Positions 40,106-50,398 of a stretch of 64,000 nt of DNA are shown here, in pieces. A program made the position numbers and the translations under genes. The notes under the pieces were generated by a model. That model worked only from the letters and a program-made list of their open reading frames with translations. It had not been told where the DNA came from and did no database searches. Source of the DNA: Candidatus Tayloriibacteriota bacterium. GTDB lineage: Bacteria; Patescibacteriota; Minisyncoccia; Phycocordibacterales; HO2-43-120. Every line of letters starts with the position of its first letter. Position 1 is the stretch's first letter. The DNA is taken from assembly GCA_039934295.1 (NCBI GenBank), contig JBDTMN010000005.1:921-64920 (forward strand), read 5' to 3'.

Positions 40106-41438
40106 ACAAACGATAACAAAATTTTTACTGTTCGCAAAGCAATCTTGAGGTCAAGCAAGAAAGAGCGATTTTTTATGTAGTACAAATCATAGGCAAGTTT
40201 GTTGCGCGTCTCCTCTCTGCCAATCTCATGGTGGGCATGAAGACTGTCATTTATCTGCGCCCACCCTGAAAGTCCCGGCTTTATGAGATGGCGAATACGG
40301 TAGTAGGAAATTTCCTTCTCATACAGCCTCACTCCCGACAGAAGTTCGGGGCGAGGACCAATGAGAGACAGGTAGCCCGCAATGACGTTTGCAAGCTGGG
40401 GAAGTTCATCCAAACGGGTTCTGCGCAAGAATAAGCCAACTCGAGTGACCCTGTTATCACTTGCCTTTCCCAGATCGGTTTCATTTCGTGACATTGTTCG
40501 AAATTTATACACACGTATTACACGGTCATTCTGTCCGACGCGATCTTGAACGATAAAAGCCGGCCCTCTTGTATCCAGCTTAATCGCGATAATAATAAAC
40601 GGATAAAACGGCACGGAGAGAACGAGAGCAACAGCACCCAAGACAATGTCCAAAATTCTCTTCAAAAAGTCGTAAGTCTTCCTCGGTAAAAGAGAAATAT
40701 TCTCGAGAATCCACTGATCGCGTATTAGTGAAAGGGGCAGGCGGTCAAATATGTTCTCATAGAGAACGTCCATTTCCAGAAATTGCACGCCTCCAAAAAG
40801 GAGCGGGTACAAATGAGGGAGAATGGGAGTGATTTTTTCGTTTTTGAAATCAATGATAATGTAAGAAACTTGGGTAAAAGAAACTTTCTTCATTATTGCA
40901 TCTTTCAAGTCCGGTCCTAGAATCTTTTCGAGATCAATGAAAGAAGAAATATGCATACCGTATCTTGGATTAGCATTTATTTCCTTTTGAAGCTCTCGCG
41001 CCTCTTTACCCGAGGAGATGAGCATAGTATTCTGCTTTTTCCGATAGCTCGCCAATCGATACCCGTACCGTCTCCAGAAAAAAACAAGAAAAAAGGATAT
41101 GAAGAGAGTGCCAAATAGATTCGTCTTCGGAGTAATCCCGAACGAAGGAATGAGATAGAAAAAAAGAACGGCGATTATGCTGTTCACTACCTCCGAGTGA
41201 AATACGATGGAGGGCAATTTTCCTTTAAGAAGCGTTGTGTGGCGGTCGTAGAGCCCGGCGATGAAGAAAACGAGTACCCAGACAAGAAAGAGAATGGAAA
41301 AGGGTCGCAAGTGCGACTCAAAAATGTGCAAAAATTCTCCCTGATAGCGCACTAGAAGTGTAATCAAAAGCGATAAGAAAAAAATGAAAATATCGCCAAC
41401 AAAAAGAATGACGGCTTCTTTTTTATTGAGAATAGGCA
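40096..41438 (-). CDS. polyprenyl-phosphate sugar phosphotransferase (bacterial sugar transferase, WbaP/CpsE-like)
   Basis: C-terminal catalytic domain ...GPRPELLSGV...KPGLSGWAQIN... with an N-terminal multi-TM region. The start is moved to MPILNKK...; the ORF track extends to 41592 across a repeat module. Confidence 0.8.
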
Positions 41439-41595
41439 TATCGATAAGTATAAAGTTGAACGTGTAAAGTATAAAGTAGAGAGATAGAGGTAAAACAAAT
41501 GTACAACTAAAAGCGGACCGAGTCAATGCTTTATGGATTAGTGCCGGATTGCTATCATGTGTAGTAAGACTCCTTTGCCTTTTTTTATTCAAATG

Positions 41596-41668
41596 ACTGG
41601 ATCCCCGCTAAGCGGGGATGACAGAATGAGAATTCTGACACTTTACACTTTTTACTTTCAACTAAATT
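41596..41668. repeat. two-hairpin repeat module, copy 3
   Basis: CTGGATCCCCGCTAAGCGGGGATGACAGAATGAGAATTCTGACACTTTACACTTTTTACTTTCAACT. Confidence 0.7.
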
Positions 41669-41679
41669 ACATGCCTCCC

Positions 41680-41727
41680 AAAAAAAAACTTCTCTACATA
41701 ATCACCAAAAGCAACTGGGGCGAGGCG
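41680..41727 (+). pseudogene. duplicated fragment of the GT4 gene 5' end
   Basis: About 44 nt (AAAAAAAAACTTCTCTACATAATCACCAAAAGCAACTGGGG) are identical to the start of 41958..43181. Confidence 0.55.
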
Positions 41728-41957
41728 TCGCAGCAAAGCCTGCTCCTTAGAAACCCACGGTTTCTAAACCCTGTTTTTCGAAACTCAAAACAGGTCTTCC
41801 TTACAGGAACAGTACACCTTTTGGACAATTCAGAAATTGTCTCAAAAGGTCTTGCGAAGCTCCATGTGTTCGCTTCTCACCGCCACGGGAAAACTACAGT
41901 TTTCCCGACCCCTTTCGCCCGCCCCTCCCCAGTTGTATATTCAACTTAAATTATCCA

Positions 41958-43181
41958 ATGGACACTGGAAACAAAAAAAAACTTCTCTACATAATCACCA
42001 AAAGCAACTGGGGAGGGGCTCAAAGATATGTGTTCGACCTCGCTTCTGCTTTCAAAGAAGAATATGACATAGTAGTCGCTTTTGGAGGCGCGGGAGTTCT
42101 CAAAACCAAATTGGAAGCCGTGGGAATTCAGACGGTCAGTATTCCCTTCTTAGAAAGAGACACGAATCTTTCGGGGGACGCCAAAGTTTTCATCGAACTT
42201 TTTAAACTTGTTTTTTCACTTCGCCCTAACATCGTCCATCTCAACAGTTCAAAAATCGGTGGCCTCGGAGTTCTCGCTGCCCGTCTCTGCAATTTTATAA
42301 TTTATCTTCTTAAGACGTTACACGTTACACGTTACACGTTACACCCTATTCGTATCATCTTCACCGCCCACGGGTTCGCCTTCAATGAAAATCGGGGGCA
42401 GGTATCGAAACATGTCATGAAAATTCTGTACTGGATTATCATCTTCTTTTCACATAAAACAATTGCCGTTTCAGAATCTTTGGCGCACCAGATGAAAAAC
42501 ATGTTTTTCACCCGCGACAAAATAGTCATTATCCACAATGGGATTTCCAAAATTCGTTTTATCGCAAAGGGGCAGGCACAGAAATTTTTTATCGAAAAAA
42601 GTCAGATAGTGAGGGAATTTTTCGGTTTGGATGAGAAAAAAATAAAAAAGACTCTGTGGATTGGAACCATTTCTGAACTCCACAAAAGCAAGGGACTCGA
42701 ATACTGCATTGAGGCTCTCTCACTATTTAAAAATCACTACCCCTCATTTGTTTTTCTTATTATCGGAGATGGGGAAGAGAAAGAGAACCTCGAGAAGCTC
42801 ATTAAAAGTAAGGGCCTAGAAAATCACGTGGTCCTTCTAGGAACAATCGAAAATGCGGCGCTCTATCTCAAGGCATTCGACATTTTTACCCTCACTTCTA
42901 CTACCGAGGGACTGCCGTATGCGATTCTTGAAGCGGGACAGACAGAACTTGCGGTCATTGCAAGCAACGTGGGAGGGATTCCAGAAATTATTGAACAACT
43001 GCAGTCCGGAATATTGGTTCGGTCAAAACATGTCAAAGAAATACAAGATGCTCTCCTATTTTTGCTGGAGAATAAAGACAAAAAGAGAGAGATGAAACAA
43101 AATCTTAAAGCTAGAATTGAAAGCAAATTTATCCTTCAAAAAATGATTGATGCGACAAAAAGAGTATACGAAAACAAATAA
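41958..43181 (+). CDS. glycosyltransferase family 4
   Basis: GT-B fold, 407 aa. N-terminal block ITKSNWGGAQRYVFDLA, a C-terminal glycosyltransferase region, and the conserved E...E context. Confidence 0.75.
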   Translation: MDTGNKKKLLYIITKSNWGGAQRYVFDLASAFKEEYDIVVAFGGAGVLKTKLEAVGIQTVSIPFLERDTNLSGDAKVFIELFKLVFSLRPNIVHLNSSKIGGLGVLAARLCNFIIYLLKTLHVTRYTLHPIRIIFTAHGFAFNENRGQVSKHVMKILYWIIIFFSHKTIAVSESLAHQMKNMFFTRDKIVIIHNGISKIRFIAKGQAQKFFIEKSQIVREFFGLDEKKIKKTLWIGTISELHKSKGLEYCIEALSLFKNHYPSFVFLIIGDGEEKENLEKLIKSKGLENHVVLLGTIENAALYLKAFDIFTLTSTTEGLPYAILEAGQTELAVIASNVGGIPEIIEQLQSGILVRSKHVKEIQDALLFLLENKDKKREMKQNLKARIESKFILQKMIDATKRVYENK

Positions 43182-43250
43182 CTGAAATACGTATAACAAA
43201 AAAGCGTTTCTTACATCTTCAATTGTAATTCAGTTGTCAGTTATTTGTCT

Positions 43251-44387
43251 CTAGATTCCCAGGAATTCATTCTTCACATCATCTTTGTGCGCGACTCTTT
43301 GATATCGGCGCATGCCCATAAGAATCCCTAGGCCCGTAAATTCCGCGAGCAGGTGAGAGCCTCCATAACTCATGAAAGGCATCACAAGCCCCGTCACGGG
43401 AAGAATTCCGATATTCATGCCGACATTTATCACAAAATGACTCATGAAATAAATCGAAAGCCCTATTCCATACAAGATTTCGAAATTTGTGGGTCCCCTA
43501 ATCGCATTCACGAGAATTCTGTAGACGATAATCCCGAAGAGCAGGAACAGCAAGAGTATTCCGATAAACCCCCATTCTTCGGCAAAAGCCGCAAAAATAA
43601 AATCAGTTTGGTATTCGGGCAAAAATTTTAGCCGCGATTGCGTTCCATATCCCACACCTTTTCCCAGAAATCCTCCCGAACCCACAGCAATAGTGGACTG
43701 ATATGCGTTATACCCGCTACCTTTCAAATCGGCCAAGGGATGGATAAAACTTATTATCCTCTCTTTCTGGTATTCTTTGAATCCAAAAAACCACAGACCG
43801 GAAAAAACGAGAACTCCAATGGTGCATACAGCGAGCAAGTGCTTCTTCGAAATACCTGAGACCAGAACCATTCCGAACCAAATGATAAAAATAATGATCG
43901 AAGAGCCGAAATCTGGTTGGAGCAGTATCAGAAGAAAAAGAATGAAAGCATAAAATCCGGAAACTAAAATGTGGCGGATATGGGCTATTTCGATGTGGCG
44001 TCTCGTGAAATATTTTGCAAGAACCAGAATAATCACGAGCTTGGCAAGATCAGAGGGCTGAAAAGCGACAGACCCCAAATGAAACCAGCTCTGCGCTCCC
44101 CGAACCACCGTTCCCAAGACGAAAAGAGCGGTGAGAACAAAACAGGAAAAAATAAAAATAGAAACGATGATGCCTTTTTTTCGTAAAAAACGAAAATCAA
44201 TAAAACTGAGCGTAAAAAAAACAAGAAGAGAAACAATGATCCAGAGGAGCTGACGGCGAAAAAAAATGCTTTCGCCCAAAAAGACGTTCATCGTCACCAA
44301 TCCTCCGAATAGAAGTGGCAGAGTCGCCGAGATTAATATCCAGTCTATTTTTTGTCTCTTGAAGAAACCCATAAAGGCCCGCCTCAA
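43251..44387 (-). CDS. SEDS-family peptidoglycan glycosyltransferase (FtsW/RodA)
   Basis: About 10 TM helices; 378 aa. Confidence 0.8.
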   Translation of the reverse strand: MRRAFMGFFKRQKIDWILISATLPLLFGGLVTMNVFLGESIFFRRQLLWIIVSLLVFFTLSFIDFRFLRKKGIIVSIFIFSCFVLTALFVLGTVVRGAQSWFHLGSVAFQPSDLAKLVIILVLAKYFTRRHIEIAHIRHILVSGFYAFILFLLILLQPDFGSSIIIFIIWFGMVLVSGISKKHLLAVCTIGVLVFSGLWFFGFKEYQKERIISFIHPLADLKGSGYNAYQSTIAVGSGGFLGKGVGYGTQSRLKFLPEYQTDFIFAAFAEEWGFIGILLLFLLFGIIVYRILVNAIRGPTNFEILYGIGLSIYFMSHFVINVGMNIGILPVTGLVMPFMSYGGSHLLAEFTGLGILMGMRRYQRVAHKDDVKNEFLGI

Positions 44388-45751
44388 TGCGTAAGCGGAA
44401 TTACCTGAATCTTCGTGGGACCTTTCTTGCAGATTGAGGTGGCTATATTTTGGTAAATTTTTGCCAATTGTTCTTTCTGCGTCGCTTCAAAATACAATTC
44501 GGGGCGCGACGCCAATGTCTTAAGATATGCGCTGTCGACATTTTTTCCTAGACCGATAATGTAGAGCTCGATATTCTCGGCTTTTGCCTCCTCCGCACGG
44601 GAAAGAGCATATTCTTTTGGATATTCAGGATCATCAAGCTTTTGCGGATGGGAAGGAATGCCGTCGGTAAGGAGCACAACCGAAGATTTGGCTTCAATTC
44701 TATGTCGAGGAGAGAGAAGTTCGACAAGCGCGCTTTGTATCCCCTCCCCAATATTGGTGCTTTGCGGACTATCAGTCGCTATCGAAATCTCGCTTATTGT
44801 CTTTTTGAGCCCGACAAAATCCGGAGAGAGAATCGAGTCAATGGGATCTCGGACGCCAGTGGCAAAAGATACAGCCCCCGCTCTGTCGTTCTCCTGCAAA
44901 TTATCGACAAATAATCCTGCGGCAGTCTTTACCGAAGTCAGAGGCTCTGGAGGAGAAAGGCCGTCATCATCCATGCTTCCCGACCGATCGAGAACGATCA
45001 TAACATCGGATGGCTTTTCGCAGATACCTTCCCCAAAATCAATCGAACTCGGCCATGTAAAGACTACGTCCTGCGAAGAATTTTTGTCCAATGTGTCAAT
45101 AAAGGTTCTTGAAACAGCTTGGGCATTACCATTGCTGTCGTATACCAGAGCAACAACCTCGACACCTTGAAGTGTGGTGCTCGAGCGATTTTCGATTGTC
45201 GCTTTGAGCTGGGGAAATTGACCACTTTCATCCAAAGTTTGGCTTGCCACCTTAACCTGTGGCGGTTCATTCGTATCGATTTCCCATACCGGGAGGCGAC
45301 TAAACTCAAAAGTTACCCGAGAAGGGATTTGTGTTCCGGTTGCAATTCTGCTTTCAAAAATGGGGAAAATCTTATTTTGAGGAATGTCTGTCTTCCCTTT
45401 CCTTTCATAGATGAGAATTCCTTTGTCATCATACAATTTAAAAACATAAGGAAGGTCATTGGTGGAAGAATCGAGGTTTGGATTTTCAATAAAAGCCACT
45501 GCATTATAGACGCCCGGAGTAACTTTGAAAGCCCTCTGCCAAAGAATAATCGGCGAGAGCGCCTGATTTATGCAAAGAATAGAGCAAGGTCCCCCGCAAT
45601 CCACCCCGAGCTCTTTCTGGTTCTGCTTGAGGTCGAAACACGTCGGAGCTTCATACACGGTAAAAAAAATGGGAAGGGCAATTCCAATAAATACCAGAAC
45701 AAAGAATGCGCCGATATAAGATAACTTTCTGTTTGAGGCCCAGTGGGACAT
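44384..45751 (-). CDS. von Willebrand factor type A domain protein, membrane-anchored
   Basis: MIDAS-like DVMIVLDRSGSM and VVLLTDG; N-terminal TM; 4-bp overlap with ftsW/rodA. Confidence 0.7.
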   Translation of the reverse strand: MSHWASNRKLSYIGAFFVLVFIGIALPIFFTVYEAPTCFDLKQNQKELGVDCGGPCSILCINQALSPIILWQRAFKVTPGVYNAVAFIENPNLDSSTNDLPYVFKLYDDKGILIYERKGKTDIPQNKIFPIFESRIATGTQIPSRVTFEFSRLPVWEIDTNEPPQVKVASQTLDESGQFPQLKATIENRSSTTLQGVEVVALVYDSNGNAQAVSRTFIDTLDKNSSQDVVFTWPSSIDFGEGICEKPSDVMIVLDRSGSMDDDGLSPPEPLTSVKTAAGLFVDNLQENDRAGAVSFATGVRDPIDSILSPDFVGLKKTISEISIATDSPQSTNIGEGIQSALVELLSPRHRIEAKSSVVLLTDGIPSHPQKLDDPEYPKEYALSRAEEAKAENIELYIIGLGKNVDSAYLKTLASRPELYFEATQKEQLAKIYQNIATSICKKGPTKIQVIPLTH

Positions 45752-45916
45752 GGATAGCTTTTAGCTACTAGCTATTAGCTGTCAGCTTCTTGGGATTTTT
45801 TCCTAAAAGCTAACACCTAATAGCTAACAGCTATTTAATAATTGTAACAAAAAAACACCCCCGTTAAAAGAGAGTGTTTTTGGCAATTGATATTAAGGAG
45901 AAATCTTATTGGCAAT

Positions 45917-46771
45917 TTATGTCTTGAGCCCGATTTTCTTTGTATTGAGAAACATCAGGAGAAGAAAAATGACGCTATCGATAAACCAAAAAGAGGGGAC
46001 ACCGAGAAGAAAATATAAGACGCGTAACATGACAACGACCGTCACTCCATAGAGGCCGAGCTTGTAGATCTGGCTGTAAGAAAAATTCTGCTTGCGAATA
46101 AGAGCGACAATCCAGATAATTACGGAAAGAATGAGTATCATGAACAGGCTCAGGACAATGTTCGCTAAGTAAATCGCGACAAATAATCCGACAATGAAAA
46201 GCGGGATGATGCATACGAGCCAAGGCCGTATTTTTTCGACCCAAGTGGAAAGTTGCGCTCTGTTAATTGTTACATTTAAGGACGGGGGCAGTTTTTGGAT
46301 AGACAATTCTTGACCCTCATTTTTTGCGGAAACAAAATAATCTTTTGTAAGAAATAACGACGTATCGTAGGTTGAAAATGTGTCAATTGCAAAAACGCCC
46401 TTTGTGTCTATGACCAAAAGATTTTTAGGCAGATGAGATGTACCTGCATTCGGATTTGATGACGCTTGAACAAATTCGCTCGGCCACAACAGGAAATACG
46501 GCTCCTTCACGTTTGTTGACGCATGACCATCCTTAATCGTGACCTCTAATTCTTGAGGGTAATAGCTCAATACTTTATTAATACTTTCTTCTGAAAGCCC
46601 CACGACAAGGCTGGGAATCATTTTGGCACTCAAAATAAGAGTGAGACAGAGTGCCGAAAGCAATGTAAGCTTGAAAAAATACCCGAACGCTTTCTTGAAG
46701 GAAGCATTTTTTTCGGCGCGATAAAATTCCGGATTATTGATGCTATCTTTGATGGTTTGAAATAGTTTCAT
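45917..46771 (-). CDS. hypothetical membrane protein
   Basis: 284-aa ORF with 5 or more TM segments. Confidence 0.45.
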   Translation of the reverse strand: MKLFQTIKDSINNPEFYRAEKNASFKKAFGYFFKLTLLSALCLTLILSAKMIPSLVVGLSEESINKVLSYYPQELEVTIKDGHASTNVKEPYFLLWPSEFVQASSNPNAGTSHLPKNLLVIDTKGVFAIDTFSTYDTSLFLTKDYFVSAKNEGQELSIQKLPPSLNVTINRAQLSTWVEKIRPWLVCIIPLFIVGLFVAIYLANIVLSLFMILILSVIIWIVALIRKQNFSYSQIYKLGLYGVTVVVMLRVLYFLLGVPSFWFIDSVIFLLLMFLNTKKIGLKT

Positions 46772-46965
46772 GATGCTGATTATATTTAGTTTAATAGGAT
46801 AGTATCATAACACACATCTTTAGTCTTGCATAACTCAATTCTTTGCACGCTTTTCCCTGCCCATTTTTAGCTTCGCTACTGGTATCACCGAAAGAAAATT
46901 GATTTGTAAACAGCAAGCCCGCAAAGCTTCTGGAGCGGGAGAAAGAGGTGGATCGTTAAGATTAA

Positions 46966-47078
<113 letters not shown>

Positions 47079-47744
47079 AAAACAAAATTTTTAATTCGAA
47101 CTCCGACGCGCTTCGCTGTCGGAGCCCCGACCTTTCAGAGCGTCGGGGTTGAAAAACTAAGCTTTAGGCTCCAGCGTTGAAATAGCTGGAGACCGTGTTT
47201 GCTTCTCTTTGAGAATCATCTCAATTTGAAAGCGAGGGGACGTTGCAGGAAACTGGATGGGATCGCATGTGTACGTGCGCCCCATGGAGGGAGTTCCTCT
47301 GCAACGCCCCGAAAGAGCAAACCGTCGATGGCCGGATCACCTCATTTCTCATTTAAGACAACTGCAGTTGCGAGAATGACCCAGCCACCGAGGTCTGGAA
47401 GCAGGGTAACCTATTGGTCACCCGCATTTGCGGCTCCCGGCCGCGGTTTAATTTTAATGACGTGCTCCCAAAACTTAGTTTTTCAATTCCGACCGAAGTC
47501 GGAGCTCAAGATTCGACAAGTAAAATAATAAGTTTGCAAAGTGGAAAGGTATCAAGTTATAAAGCAAGAATTTTCTTAACTTTAAAACCTTATAACTTTC
47601 CACTTTATAACTTACTTTGTGGTTTACAAATTTCCTAATAGGAATTCGACGAATTAGTACTTCTCGGCTCAACACATTACTGTGCGTACACCTGAAGCCT
47701 ATCAACGTAATAATCTCTTACGGGTCTGTCCCGCGCGAAGCGCG

Positions 47745-47870
47745 CAAGATACGAGTTTGTAAAGTAGAAAGTTATAAAGTTATAAAGTCAGAGAAGAATT
47801 CTCTTAACTTTATAACTTTATAAACCTTATAACTTTATAACTTATACTCTGTGTGCTTCGCACGGATCGA
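47745..47870 (-). repeat. long AT-rich hairpin insertion (GTTTGTAAAGTAGAAAGTTATAAAGTTATAAAG...CTTTATAACTTTATAAAC) in the 23S 3' domain
   Basis: Near-identical copies at 57225..57355 and 55625..55745; a shorter copy at 47520..47610. Confidence 0.75.
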
Positions 47871-48150
47871 TTCCTCATCTTGAAGTAGGCTTCCCTCTTA
47901 GATGCTTTCAGAGGTTATCCCTTCCGAACATAGCTACCCAGCGTTCCACCTGGCGGCAGAGCTGGTACACCAGAGGTTCGTTCACTCCGGTCCTCTCGTC
48001 ATGTTTTTACCCCCTATTTCTAGGAGCATAGACTATATCTTCACCCTCTCTTTCGAGGAGGGGTTGGCATGTTACCTACATATGCCTGCCCTGAATTTCA
48101 TTGAAAGGCTTTCCAGCGATACATAAGTCTCTCCGTTTAAGGATCAGTCG

Positions 48151-48633
48151 TTACGGGGTCAAACCTAAAATAGTTAACAACTCATCACGCGTCTTCTTTT
48201 TCTTAGTTACATAGTTTTCACTCTGAATAACTAAAATAAAGTCAACGAGCTCTATTAATTGCTTGCGAGTTAGTTTTTTAAATTTTGTAGAGGAAAGAAT
48301 TCTGCATGCGCTAAAAAGTGCAATGCTTTGAAGTTTTTTAAATCGCATATAAGGCATAAGCTTTTTTAGAATTTCTTCTATTTGCTTGTAGCCATTTATT
48401 CGAAGTTCGGTCATTCCATCATTTCTTCTAGAAATATAACCGATATCAAAAACTTCTCTTATCCAATACAAAGATTTCTCATGCCGAGTATCTTGATAGA
48501 AACAGATGACGGGCATAAATCGTATTCCGATGTTACCGTCTTTCCGTTTCTTGATCTGAAGCATTAAGCTTCCATCACCATCAAGAAAACCAGCAATATA
48601 TGCTAACTCTACTTTTTTAGATCGACTTCCCAC
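48151..48633 (-). CDS. LAGLIDADG homing endonuclease (single-motif type)
   Basis: LAYIAGFLDGDGSL motif; 160 aa; inside the 23S intron. Confidence 0.8.
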   Translation of the reverse strand: MGSRSKKVELAYIAGFLDGDGSLMLQIKKRKDGNIGIRFMPVICFYQDTRHEKSLYWIREVFDIGYISRRNDGMTELRINGYKQIEEILKKLMPYMRFKKLQSIALFSACRILSSTKFKKLTRKQLIELVDFILVIQSENYVTKKKKTRDELLTILGLTP

Positions 48634-48988
48634 GGTATTATCTTATCATTTCTGGTCCTCAAGTAAATTAGCCAACGGACCGTTAAAGCTTAATCTACCT
48701 TGATAGAAAACCTAAATGATGAAGACTCCACCGTTATAAGCCAAATTGTCATCGCAAATTTCTTCGCGAAGTAGCATGGACCCATTCGGGTCTACTAGGA
48801 GCAAATCTTCTCAAGAATCAACGCCTGCAGTAGATAGGAGACCAACCTGTCTCACGCAATAGTAGCTGTTAGCTTCTAGCTATAAGCTATTAGCTTAACA
48901 ACGCCGCCGTTACCGGCGGGATCGGACTGGAACTTAATCCCTCGCTTGCGCTTGGGACTGTTGACGTTCAGTCTCTACGGGGATAAAT

Positions 48989-49213
48989 CTAATCCTCTCG
49001 GACATAATCTAACTTTGCCAGTTTTTCATCGACAACTTTAATCTGTCCTTCAAGGACTCTCCTTTGTTCAAGGAGTCCGCTGATTTCATCAGATTTTTTT
49101 CTTTGTTCTTCAGCCTCAATAGCATCTGCATTTCGGTATTCAGCTGCCTTTACTTGCATTCTTGCAATTTCTTGTGCTAATTCTTCAGGAGAAAGTGAAA
49201 ATTTTTCTGGCAT
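48989..49213 (-). CDS. hypothetical small coiled-coil ORF within the 23S intron
   Basis: 74 aa, charged and helical; no homing-endonuclease motif. Confidence 0.3.
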   Translation of the reverse strand: MPEKFSLSPEELAQEIARMQVKAAEYRNADAIEAEEQRKKSDEISGLLEQRRVLEGQIKVVDEKLAKLDYVRED

Positions 49214-50398
49214 AAATCTTTATTTTGGATAAATCTTCCCTCGGTATTACCCTAATAATATTTAAATTATAGAGGGTTCCACCGATATAGTCAACTTGCT
49301 GGCATAGAAATTGCTTTCTATGACCGCCGTGGTTGGTTGGTTTCTATAACCCTCGCAACAAAAAGTTGCATAGGATTTTTCTATACTTTTTCATAAACGA
49401 AAATCTCGATATTATTCACTGAGTGGATTCAGACTGTCGAATAGCTGAACTTTTTACTTTCAACTTTACACTTTTTACTTGTCGAGAAGCTCCGCTTCTC
49501 GACGGTCTGAACCCAGCTCACGTAACATTTTAATTGGCGAACAGCCAAACCCTTGGGAGCTCTGATTTGTTATCTCGCGTTTCCGCGAGGATCAGACTAT
49601 TCCATCACCGTTGCTTTTCTTGTCGCCAAGAGCGCTTTAGGTGCAAGCCGTGTGATACCGCTCTTTCGAGCGCATATCTCATGATATGACCAAAATCATA
49701 TCAATCAGTCGTTAGAGGCCGAACATCTTTTTCGGGACAACTCACGATAAAAATCTTGAGTCCTTGCGAAAAAGTTTTTTAGCACTCTCAGTTGTACACT
49801 GAAAGATGCTCGGTTCCTACGGCACTAGCATTCATATATGGTTATTATACCACCTGGGACCTCCGAAACCAGAGATCATATGAAGAAGCCTCTACCGTAT
49901 TGAGCTTGTTTAATTACCTTGAGATTTCTCTCAAGGAGAGAAGGTGTGTTTTCTCCACCCCCAGGATATGTTGCATATTGATCACGTATTACTACGTGTA
50001 TAGACTATACCTTCATCCTTCAAAATTTTGAGAATTTTAAAGGAGACCAGCGTCTTATGAAAGTGTGATCTTAGTGTCTAGCACTAAGGCATCTCTCATC
50101 TTGTCCTTGCGGACTCAGTCGTTACGGGGTCAATCCGCCTGAGGCGGACGACTTCCCACGGGGTTGTCCTTATTATATCAAAATAATAGTAGGAGTTCTC
50201 CGTTATTAGCCAGTTTTTTGCATTCCGATTTACATCGGAAGCGACCCTAATTTAAGCCGACATCGAGGTGCCGAACTCCGCCGTCGATTTGGCACTTCAT
50301 GATTACTCATGAGGTAGACTATACCTTCACCCTTTTCAGGGTGGCAACGTGTTACCATCCGCCTTAGGCGGATAGTCCTGCGCAAAAGCGCAAAGTCG

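Larger units (their letters stand above)
47978..49496 (-). mobile_element. group-I-like intron near the E. coli 2593 region, carrying a LAGLIDADG ORF
   Basis: The exon reads ...GTTCAGACCGTCGAG, then intron sequence, then resumes near ...TAGTCTATGCTCC. An S-like element (AAGATATAGTC, seen as GACTATATCTT on the plus strand) lies at about 47977. Boundaries are approximate. Confidence 0.5.

Noticed and set aside
47100-47520. GC-rich, hairpin-dense 5S-23S spacer, considered as a possible tRNA, ncRNA or intron remnant
   Set aside because: No cloverleaf could be folded by hand and no 23S or 5S homology was seen. It is most simply the internal transcribed spacer with processing stems; a covariance-model scan would be needed to say more.
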